A stretch of 15,577 nucleotides of DNA from the NCBI GenBank assembly GCA_038872135.1, contig JAVZGN010000021.1:1-15577 (forward strand), in the 5' to 3' direction. Made by a program: the position numbers and the translations under genes. Origin of the DNA: Candidatus Hadarchaeales archaeon (lineage in GTDB: Archaea > Hadarchaeota > Hadarchaeia > Hadarchaeales > Hadarchaeaceae). The notes beneath the pieces are model-generated. The model made no database searches. It saw nothing but the letters and a program-made list of their open reading frames with translations, and was not told the DNA's origin. This document shows, in pieces, positions 7,201 to 14,674 of this stretch; the first letter of the stretch is position 1; each line of letters starts with the position of its first letter.

Positions 7201-8288
7201 GCGTATCTTATTGCTCTCGTTGGGCAGACCGAAACACAAAGCCCGCACATGTAGCACCGCGCTTTGTCAACTTGGGCAGATTTTCCAACAACATGAATAG
7301 CTCCATATGGGCAGTGTTTTTCGCAGAGGCCGCAGGCAGTGCATTTTGAGACAAGGACCTCCACCGGTTCCGCTGTTAGTCTGGGTTCAGCGGGAAGATG
7401 TGGAAGCGCTTTTCCCCTTATTTCCGAAATCGAGTTGTAGTTTTTTGCCCGCATGAACTTTGCTATTTCATCCGCGATTATTCCATAGATGTTCGGCCCC
7501 CGAATGATGGCTGCTGTGCAGACCTGAACTGCAGAGGCTCCAGCCATGATAAATTCCACAGCATCTCTCCCAGAAGAGATCCCGCCCACTCCAATGACCG
7601 GAATGCTCACAGTTCTCGCGATATCCGCCACACATCTAACGGCAAGAGGTTTAATCGATGGCCCAGATAACCATCCATACCCACTTGCGCTCCCCAGCAT
7701 AGGCATCGCGTTTTCTATGTCTATGCTCAAACAAGGGCCCAAAGTGTTTATGGCGACTATTCCATCCGCCCCTGCGCTTTCCGCAGCTTTAGCAAACTCC
7801 TTTATGTCTAATACATTTGGGCTAAGCTTCACAAATACCGGGACATCCACAACTTCTTTAGCGGCTTTTGTGGCTTCAATCACTGGCGTTGGATCATTTC
7901 CGAGATAGTGAGTCGAGAGCTCCAGGGCATCCGCTCCAGCCTCAACAACTTTTGGCGCAATCTCCCTGATCTCCGCGGCCCTGTAGCCTATGCTGGCTAT
8001 CAGCGGCAACCCGGCCTTTTTGGCTTTGGGGTACTCCACCTTCAACCATTGCTCAAGGGGAAGATCTGTCCAGAGCTCAGCGTTCAGAAGGCTATCTTTC
8101 ACTTTGACTATGCAAGGGCGCGGGACCTTTGCGGGCTGAACACTAACAGTCTTCGCAACGAGAGCACCGGCCCCTCCTTCCGCTACCTTTAAAAGAGCCT
8201 CTCCATCCATCACATTCGGGCCAGCGGCCGGCATCACAGGATTTCTCAGTTTAAGACCGCAGAGTTCCACACTGAGATCGACCATCAT
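7197..8288 (-). CDS. dihydroorotate/dihydropyrimidine dehydrogenase-like FMN oxidoreductase with C-terminal 2x[4Fe-4S] domain; non-canonical active site
   Basis: Class 1 DHOD barrel motifs (LRNP, AKT, VKLSPN, INT, LSG..IKP.A, IGVGGI, AGASAVQV) plus CTACGLC...CP and CYMCGLC...CP; ELSTHY replaces the ELNxSCP catalytic loop. Confidence 0.88.
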   Translation of the reverse strand: MMVDLSVELCGLKLRNPVMPAAGPNVMDGEALLKVAEGGAGALVAKTVSVQPAKVPRPCIVKVKDSLLNAELWTDLPLEQWLKVEYPKAKKAGLPLIASIGYRAAEIREIAPKVVEAGADALELSTHYLGNDPTPVIEATKAAKEVVDVPVFVKLSPNVLDIKEFAKAAESAGADGIVAINTLGPCLSIDIENAMPMLGSASGYGWLSGPSIKPLAVRCVADIARTVSIPVIGVGGISSGRDAVEFIMAGASAVQVCTAAIIRGPNIYGIIADEIAKFMRAKNYNSISEIRGKALPHLPAEPRLTAEPVEVLVSKCTACGLCEKHCPYGAIHVVGKSAQVDKARCYMCGLCVSVCPTRAIRYA

Positions 8289-9625
8289 CTACCACCCCTC
8301 TGCAGCTCCTGCCAGAGCTTTTCGGCAGCTCTTCTCGCAATCGCAGCCGCTTGCGATTCATCAATGGTAAGCAATTTTTTCTCTTTTACCACAACTTTCC
8401 CCCCGACAATAACAGTTTCCACATCATCCCCATCCACGGTGTTCACCAAATGTCCAAGAACTGTATCTGGTCTTATAGGCGTTGGAGCGAGAGTTGGGTT
8501 GATAATGATGAGGTCAGCGAGCTTCCCGATTTCAATCGATCCAACCTCATTTTCCAGCCCATAGAGCTCAGCCCCTTTTATCGTGGCCATCTCCAGAACC
8601 TCTCGCGGAGAAATTACCCGAGGATCTCTAGTAGAAACCTTGTGAATGAGATAGGCTGCCCGGATATTCTCAAACCCATCAAAGATGTATCCATCATTTC
8701 CAAGCCCAACTGGAATCCCTCGCTGGAGCATCTTCGGAACGGGGGCAACCCCAACAGCGTTCAGCATGTTGCTCATTGGATTGTGGGCCACTTTGGCACC
8801 GCTCTTCTGAATTATGTCTAGCTCCTCATCAGAGACATTCACACAGTGGGCGAGCACAACATCTGGACCGAGGAAGCCAACCTCCTTCAACCTTTCAACA
8901 GTTCTCATTCCATATCTTTCATAATTGTGATAGACGTCCACAAGCCCCTCAGAGGTGTGAATGGTCATCGGAACTTTATATTTGCTGGCTAATTGCCTCG
9001 CATACGCCAAAAGCTCATCAGAAACGGTGAAAGACGCATGAACACATATCATCCCCATGATCCTGGAAATCCTCTTTTTCTTCAATTTCTTTATGAATCT
9101 TTCATTCTCCCTCATCCCGCTCGCTCCCTCCGCCCTGCTGTGCCTTTCGGTGGCTTCGAATGAAATTATTCCTCGAATCCCGGACTGTTCGACCGCCGCC
9201 GCAATTTTGTCTAGCACCCCGGCGATGGATTTTGGCCCAGAGTAGGTGTCTGCGAAAAGAGTTGTCCCGGTTTTTAAAAACTCGACGCAGGAGATTAGGG
9301 CGCTGGCATAGGCGTCATCTTTTTTCATCGTCTCATCCATCGGCCACCAGACCCTCTGGAGAATCTGTGAAAAATCAGTAGGTGGCTGTATTTTGAGGGG
9401 AGCACCGCGAAGGAGCATCCCGTAAAGATGTGTGTGGGCGCAGATCAGGCCTGGCATGACTATTTTTCCCTTCGCATCAATTACCTCATCCGCTTTTGGG
9501 GTCCTGCCTTTTTTCCCAATCGACTGAATTCTTCCATCCTCAACAGCTATTGAACCACCCTGAATTATCCTGCAGTTTTTGTCCATCGTGACTATACATC
9601 CGTTTTTTATCACAAGGTCAACCAT
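8285..9625 (-). CDS. ssnA: SsnA-like metal-dependent amidohydrolase
   Basis: PGLICAHTHLY, PPTDF..IL..VWW..D, HASFTVSD, H.SEG, HNP.SNM.NAVG, GLGNDG, G..ADL; SD AGGAG at 9633-9629; its stop overlaps the start of the flavoprotein gene. Confidence 0.8.
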   Translation of the reverse strand: MVDLVIKNGCIVTMDKNCRIIQGGSIAVEDGRIQSIGKKGRTPKADEVIDAKGKIVMPGLICAHTHLYGMLLRGAPLKIQPPTDFSQILQRVWWPMDETMKKDDAYASALISCVEFLKTGTTLFADTYSGPKSIAGVLDKIAAAVEQSGIRGIISFEATERHSRAEGASGMRENERFIKKLKKKRISRIMGMICVHASFTVSDELLAYARQLASKYKVPMTIHTSEGLVDVYHNYERYGMRTVERLKEVGFLGPDVVLAHCVNVSDEELDIIQKSGAKVAHNPMSNMLNAVGVAPVPKMLQRGIPVGLGNDGYIFDGFENIRAAYLIHKVSTRDPRVISPREVLEMATIKGAELYGLENEVGSIEIGKLADLIIINPTLAPTPIRPDTVLGHLVNTVDGDDVETVIVGGKVVVKEKKLLTIDESQAAAIARRAAEKLWQELQRGGR

Positions 9626-9709
9626 TCTCTCCTATAAAGGTAGAAAACCATAATTTAAAACTTGACATCTCAACACTGGTGTTATTAATCGCTGAAAAAA
9701 ATTGTAGTG
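9626..9709. promoter_or_regulatory. divergent promoter region ssnA-like / cyclic amidohydrolase
   Basis: TTTTAAAT on the minus strand (9660-9653), TTATTAAT on the plus strand (9682-9689), with an AACAC-TG-GTGTT inverted repeat (9672-9683) between them. Confidence 0.5.
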
Positions 9710-11041
9710 ATGCATGATCTTGTAATCAGAAATGGGAAAATGATTGTCAAAGGAAAGCTTGTGAGCGGCGAAATCGCTATTGATGATGGGATCATCAGGA
9801 GGATTGCTGTAAGTGGTGTTGAAAAAGGCGATGTTGAGATAAACGCCCATGGGAGATATATCCTCCCGGGAGCTATCGATGTTCACGCGCACATCTTTGA
9901 CCGGAGATTTCAGCACAGAGAATCGTTTGACAGCGGGACGATGGCTGCAGCAGCTGGGGGGGTCACCACAGTAATCATAATGCCTTTAGACACTCCAGTC
10001 CTCACCGTCTCCGAAGTAAAAAAACTGATAGAGCTTGGTGAAAAGAATAGTTTGATAGATTTTGCCATTCACGCAGGCAACATGACTGCCGAGGCCATCA
10101 GAGAAGTTAAAAAGCTCGTTTCTGTTGGAGTTGCATCTTTCAAAACATTTACATGCTCCCCATATCTTTTGGAGAAGGGGGAAATCGAGCGATTGATGGA
10201 TGAGATAAAAAAAGCGAATGGAATTCTGTTTGTTCACGCCGAGGATGAAGATGAGCTGAGACGAGGGCTCGAAAGGGTGAGAGGTAGAAAAGACCCGCTG
10301 GCCCACCACGAGGCGAGAACAGTGAGGGCCGAGGTGAAGGCTGTAAAAGAAGTTATTCGGATGAGTAGATATCATCGCTGTAAGACGCACTTCGCACACA
10401 TCACTTCTGCAGAGGCCTGTGAGGTGATAAAAAAGGGTAAGCGAAAAATCATCACAGCCGAAACCTGTACCCACTACCTGATTTTCACTAGGGAGGATGT
10501 TAAGACTCATGGACCCTATCTGAGGGTCAATCCCTCCATAAAAACAAAAAAAGACAGGGCGGCATTGTGGAGGGCTCTCTCGGAAGGCACGCTAGATCTC
10601 GTGGCCACTGACCATGCTCCAGGCACTGTGGATGAAAAAGAAGTCGGATGGGACGACATATGGAAGGCCCAGATTGGGATCCCCGGAGTAGAGAACCTTC
10701 TCCCGCTGATGCTAGAAGAAGGAGTGTGCAAGAAAAGGATATCTCTCCGGCGGCTCATTGAATGTTTGTCGATTGCACCGGCAAAAATTTTTGGCCTATA
10801 TCCACGAAAAGGGGCATTGCTCGAAGGCTCAGATGCTGATTTGGTGATAGTGGATCTCAAGAAAAAAACTAAGATAACCGCGGATAAACTCCACTACAAA
10901 GTCGGCTGGACGCCATACGCCGGGCTAAGGTCAGTCGCTCCACCAGAGTATACCATTTCGCGCGGAGAGGTGGTTTCAGCCGGCGGGGAGATCATTGGAA
11001 GAGTTGGACGCGGGAAATTTCTATCAAGAGCGTGCTCGTGA
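9710..11041 (+). CDS. cyclic amidohydrolase (allantoinase/hydantoinase/dihydroorotase superfamily), allantoinase-like
   Basis: LPGAIDVHAH, AAAAGGVTT...MPL, FKTF (carboxy-Lys), VHAED, HFAHIT, AETC.HYL, ATDHAP, PAK.FGL...KG....GSDAD. No Arg two residues after the HxH, which argues against PyrC. ATG 9710 (GTG 9707 alternative). Confidence 0.9.
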   Translation: MHDLVIRNGKMIVKGKLVSGEIAIDDGIIRRIAVSGVEKGDVEINAHGRYILPGAIDVHAHIFDRRFQHRESFDSGTMAAAAGGVTTVIIMPLDTPVLTVSEVKKLIELGEKNSLIDFAIHAGNMTAEAIREVKKLVSVGVASFKTFTCSPYLLEKGEIERLMDEIKKANGILFVHAEDEDELRRGLERVRGRKDPLAHHEARTVRAEVKAVKEVIRMSRYHRCKTHFAHITSAEACEVIKKGKRKIITAETCTHYLIFTREDVKTHGPYLRVNPSIKTKKDRAALWRALSEGTLDLVATDHAPGTVDEKEVGWDDIWKAQIGIPGVENLLPLMLEEGVCKKRISLRRLIECLSIAPAKIFGLYPRKGALLEGSDADLVIVDLKKKTKITADKLHYKVGWTPYAGLRSVAPPEYTISRGEVVSAGGEIIGRVGRGKFLSRACS

Positions 11042-11043
11042 TT

Positions 11044-12288
11044 CTATCTTTTCAACGCGGAGATTTTCAGAGCAACTATTGCATCCCGAACATCTGAAAA
11101 CACAGGAGTCCTTACCCTTGAAATTTCTGTGATATCACCGGCTTTTGCGCCAAGAGTGACTAGGACCACTGGCTTCTCCTTGGATTTCTCGCATTTCTCC
11201 ACAACTTTTTTTAAATCATCTCTCCTAAGTTTTCCCGAACCTGTTGCCACCACAACTAAAAGGGCATCGATTTCTTTTTCCTCCAAAACTCTGTCCGCCG
11301 CCACCTGGAAATCTTCGCCAGTGGCTTCCTCCCCGAGGTTCACAAAACCATCGACTTTAACCTCTTTCTTGAATTTTTCAAAAGCTTCTTGAGGGATAGT
11401 GGCCAATGTCATCTCGCTTTTTTCTATCCATTTCCTGGCAAGCAGTCCCGCAGACTTAGAATTAGTCACGACGGCAATTTTTCTACCCCTCATGGGCCTG
11501 CCACCGACCAACATCTTTGCTCCACAAAACATCTCTTCCAATGTCTCCACTGGAATTCCTCCAGCCTGCTTTATTGCCGAGACAAAAATTTTGTTTTCTA
11601 CCGATGCACTGAAGACCAAAACCGGCTTTTCCACCGAGATGCTTTTGATGAACTCGATATCCTTTCTCTTCAGGATATTTTTCAGGACTAGGCCGATGAT
11701 TTCAGTTTCTTTATCCTGTTTGAGAAATTCCAGTATTTGCGTCAGCTGCACTCCAGTCTCGCCCAGGCACACGAATTTACTCATGCCAACTCCGCATCTC
11801 TCCCCCCTTTCGGCAGCCATCTCCGCGAGAAGGGGGTCATCTGCAACAACGGCCATCTTCCCCCTCTGGAAATTCCCAGAAATCGTCGCCACCAGCCCAT
11901 TTCCGGTGTTCACCACCCCAAAAGAGGCAGGCCCCACGAGAACCCCGCGTTTGGAAAAAGATAATAGCATCTGGTTAGTTTTTTCCCTTCCTTTAGACAG
12001 GAGCAGCACACATGTGGATTTCTGAAGGATTTTTTTGATGTTTTTTTCGAGGATTTCTGGCGGGAGCAGGATCATGACCAGCATGTTCTTTTTGATCGAT
12101 GAGAGGGGCTCGGCCCCCGCAAGCTTTCCCTGCACATCCACGACATGAACCTTTCCCTTAAAGCCTGAGAGCCGGTCCTTCAGTAGAAAAAAACGCGTGG
12201 AATAAACCTCATCCTCGCCGCGAAGCTCCGACGCCCCGACAACGGCAACTTCTCTTGGCTCAAACAGATTTTTAAGCTCAGGCTTCAT
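11044..12288 (-). CDS. degenerate acyl-CoA synthetase (ADP-forming) alpha-like subunit, lacking the catalytic His loop
   Basis: LFEP..VAVVGAS, LVGP..FG..N, KPV, AIKQAG, G..IAVVTNS, EIDALLV, KPVV give the ACD-alpha architecture; SQSG, GN and SHTG motifs are absent; ORF intact and coupled to the beta gene by an ATGA overlap. Confidence 0.78.
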   Translation of the reverse strand: MKPELKNLFEPREVAVVGASELRGEDEVYSTRFFLLKDRLSGFKGKVHVVDVQGKLAGAEPLSSIKKNMLVMILLPPEILEKNIKKILQKSTCVLLLSKGREKTNQMLLSFSKRGVLVGPASFGVVNTGNGLVATISGNFQRGKMAVVADDPLLAEMAAERGERCGVGMSKFVCLGETGVQLTQILEFLKQDKETEIIGLVLKNILKRKDIEFIKSISVEKPVLVFSASVENKIFVSAIKQAGGIPVETLEEMFCGAKMLVGGRPMRGRKIAVVTNSKSAGLLARKWIEKSEMTLATIPQEAFEKFKKEVKVDGFVNLGEEATGEDFQVAADRVLEEKEIDALLVVVATGSGKLRRDDLKKVVEKCEKSKEKPVVLVTLGAKAGDITEISRVRTPVFSDVRDAIVALKISALKR

Positions 12289-13004
12289 TCGCCGCCATCC
12301 CCGACAAAGATTCTGGCGTCAACCGCAACCGCTCCCTTTCCAGCAGCAAACACAAAAAGTGGATTGATGTCTAGCTCTTGAATCTGCGGGAACTCGGCCA
12401 CCAGGATACCCACCTTTTCTATCACCTCGGCCACGGCCAGAATGTCTGCGGGAGGCTCTCCCCTTATCCCAGCGAGCACCGGATATCCTTTGATCTCCTT
12501 GATCATTTCAACAGCCTCATCTTTGGTGAGGGGTGCCAGCCTGAAACTCGTATCTTTTAGCACTTCAACCCAGATACCCCCAAGCCCAAACATAACAGTG
12601 GGACCAAATGACTTATCTTGCAAACCACCGACAATCGCCTCCCTGCCGGGGGGGACGTGCTCTTGGACCGTGACACCAAGAATCCTAGCATTGGGACTGT
12701 AGCTCTTGGCGCTGTTCATAATATCTTCAAAAGCTTTTCTCACCTCCATCTCCCCACCTATCCCCACCCTCACTCCGCCAGCGTCGCTTTTGTGAATAAT
12801 ATCTGGGGACGCTATTTTCATGACAACAGGGTAATGGATTTCTCTCGCTATCCTGACAGCCTCATCGGGAGTTGTAGCAAGCTCAGTTCGATTGACCGGG
12901 ATTCCAGCCAGACTCAAAACTTTTTTGGCATCAATCTCTCCCAGTTCTTTTCTACCACTTTTCTTTGCACCATCCAGAATTTCCGCTATTTTTGATTTCT
13001 CCAT
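12285..13004 (-). CDS. acdB: acetate/acyl-CoA ligase (ADP-forming) beta subunit, ATP-grasp
   Basis: YPVVMKIASPDIIHKSDAGGV, VQE, E.IVG...D..FGP.VMFGLGGIWVEVLKD.SFR.AP, L.G.RG..P.D, ELDINPL, AVDARI. Confidence 0.93.
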   Translation of the reverse strand: MEKSKIAEILDGAKKSGRKELGEIDAKKVLSLAGIPVNRTELATTPDEAVRIAREIHYPVVMKIASPDIIHKSDAGGVRVGIGGEMEVRKAFEDIMNSAKSYSPNARILGVTVQEHVPPGREAIVGGLQDKSFGPTVMFGLGGIWVEVLKDTSFRLAPLTKDEAVEMIKEIKGYPVLAGIRGEPPADILAVAEVIEKVGILVAEFPQIQELDINPLFVFAAGKGAVAVDARIFVGDGGE

Positions 13005-13263
13005 TTTTCCCTAATCAAAAAGGTTTCAGAATATATAGCATTTTTGTTTTAGCCAATTTTGGCTCCAATTTATAGTTATTTTCCAAAAAATTACCGTTTA
13101 ATAGCTTGAAATAATAAATGGCGAATTTTTTATATGAATTATTTATAAAAACGTCATAAAATAGATTAAACACTTGAATCAGAGTTATTTGTCTTTTGAA
13201 TTTTTGACCCTTAAATCAGTCCTTTTAATTAACTGAGCCATTTTATAACGCGAAAATAGAAAA
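13005..13263. promoter_or_regulatory. AT-rich intergenic regulatory region with TATA box for acdB and inverted repeats
   Basis: 25% GC by hand count over 13021-13260; TATATATT on the minus strand (13037-13030); AGCCAA-TT-TTGGCT at 13051-13064. Confidence 0.55.
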
Positions 13264-13737
13264 CTAGCCTCCAGGAATCTGATCAAGCGAATTTATCGTC
13301 ACATCCCCGTCATATAATCTCCCGGCTCTAACACTGACGATTGTAACCCTTATAGATTTTCCTATCTCAAGATTGGCCCCTCGGAGCTGAACCTCGGCAT
13401 ATGCCCAATCGCTCTGTCTGAACCTCTGGGGATTCTCAAATGTCCAGCAATAGAATTCATTGTCGATTCCTCTTATCGGCTCTCTCGCCCACCCTCTTAT
13501 GAAATCTGTGGTTGGTTTTGAAACTTCAAAAGAAAGAGTTTCTCCCCCAATGTGCTGGATGTGAAATCTAACGACATTTTCATTGACCAACCCAGCATAA
13601 ACGGCCACTTCCACATATCTGGGCCTGAAAGGAGAATAATATTGGCTTAACCATACAGCTATTGGAGCCGCAGCCGCCACTGTTATCCCCACAAGAAGGA
13701 TTGTAGCAACAATCGGAGAGATTCCCTCCCCATTCAT
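13264..13737 (-). CDS. archaeal type IV pilin-like protein (class III signal peptide)
   Basis: MNGEG|ISPIVATILLVGITVAAAAPIAVWL N-terminus and the I.H.GGE motif typical of archaeal pilins; ATGA overlap with the upstream gene. Confidence 0.88.
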   Translation of the reverse strand: MNGEGISPIVATILLVGITVAAAAPIAVWLSQYYSPFRPRYVEVAVYAGLVNENVVRFHIQHIGGETLSFEVSKPTTDFIRGWAREPIRGIDNEFYCWTFENPQRFRQSDWAYAEVQLRGANLEIGKSIRVTIVSVRAGRLYDGDVTINSLDQIPGG

Positions 13738-14624
13738 CTTATTCCCTCTATCAGCTCCGCCCTGGCAACCTCAAACCCAGAGGTGGGGGTTATTGTGACC
13801 TCAAATTTCACAACCGCCGCCCCGTCTATCCTTGGAAGTAGCCCCCTAAACTTCTGGAAATACATTACTCTCCTTCTTTTGGTTGGTCCAGCCGTTTCCC
13901 ACTGGAAGTTTAGAACACCATCCACGCAAGAGGAGATCTCTTCTTCCTTCCTCTCGTCGAGAATGCGGGCGGTCATCGGAAGATAAATGAGTCCTCCCCA
14001 TTTTTTGGCAGCTCTCTGAAGTCCCCTCAAAAATAGGGTAAAATCATACCATCTTGCCTCTGTGTCGGAATAAAGCCTAGCGAGGTCTGTGAGGGTGTAG
14101 ATGATCACAGTATTGCCGGAAGCAGATCGGCTCATGAAGTCTGCCAGCGACTCCAGTGCAGTCTTTGGTTTGATTGCCGGTGCGGCGGCCGTTCTATGAA
14201 GAGTCGCAAATGCACTTGTAAGAGCTTTCATCTTTTCTGAGGTCTCTTCCTCTTTTAATCTGTCCGAGATCCACTCAAGCGGCACCGGCGATGTCCTGAA
14301 ATAATCCTCGGAAAAATCTCGGAACTTTACATTATCCCGGAAGAGGGCGAAGAGATCCTGCTCAAAACTCATCGAAACTTCATTCAAGAGGTCTTCTGGG
14401 CTCCTGGTAAATGTAACCCACCAGACTTCCCCGGGAAAGATGGAGTCTGGCTCTGCCGGTGCAACAAGCTTTTTTTTCATTGCATAGGTCATTATCGCCG
14501 ACGTCATCAGAAACTCTTTGTTTCCTGCCCCTATCTCTCCTCTAAGAAGAATCAGCGAGCCAGGCGGGAATCCCCCGCCTATGAGAGAATCCAGTGACAA
14601 TATCCCGCTGGGTATCCTGGGCAT
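13734..14624 (-). CDS. KaiC/RAD55-like RecA-superfamily protein, degenerate Walker motifs
   Basis: IPSGI.SLD.LIGGG.PPGS.ILL.GE.GAG, DGV..F.W, R......KFRG, F...I....GF; Walker A reads GAGNKE. ATG 14624 preferred (TTG 14633 alternative). Confidence 0.88.
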   Translation of the reverse strand: MPRIPSGILSLDSLIGGGFPPGSLILLRGEIGAGNKEFLMTSAIMTYAMKKKLVAPAEPDSIFPGEVWWVTFTRSPEDLLNEVSMSFEQDLFALFRDNVKFRDFSEDYFRTSPVPLEWISDRLKEEETSEKMKALTSAFATLHRTAAAPAIKPKTALESLADFMSRSASGNTVIIYTLTDLARLYSDTEARWYDFTLFLRGLQRAAKKWGGLIYLPMTARILDERKEEEISSCVDGVLNFQWETAGPTKRRRVMYFQKFRGLLPRIDGAAVVKFEVTITPTSGFEVARAELIEGIR

Positions 14625-14674
14625 TTTCCTCAAAATACATCTATGCTGGGTGCTTAAATTTCATTCGATGAACT

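Noticed and set aside
7197-8288. Annotation as canonical pyrD or preA
   Set aside because: The catalytic NxSCP loop is absent and no pyrK or preT partner is adjacent.
9632-9916. 94-aa minus-strand ORF upstream of the ssnA-like gene
   Set aside because: Antisense to the amidohydrolase and spans the divergent promoter; no recognisable motifs.
11044-12288. Calling the ACD alpha-like gene a pseudogene
   Set aside because: No frameshift or internal stop over 414 codons and coupling to acdB is preserved, so it is kept as a CDS with a pseudo-enzyme hypothesis.
13005-13263. Replication origin, CRISPR leader, or the 13-codon ORF at 13118-13159 (MANFLYELFIKTS)
   Set aside because: No ORB-like boxes or cdc6/orc1 gene, no direct-repeat array, and no SD or other support for the tiny ORF.
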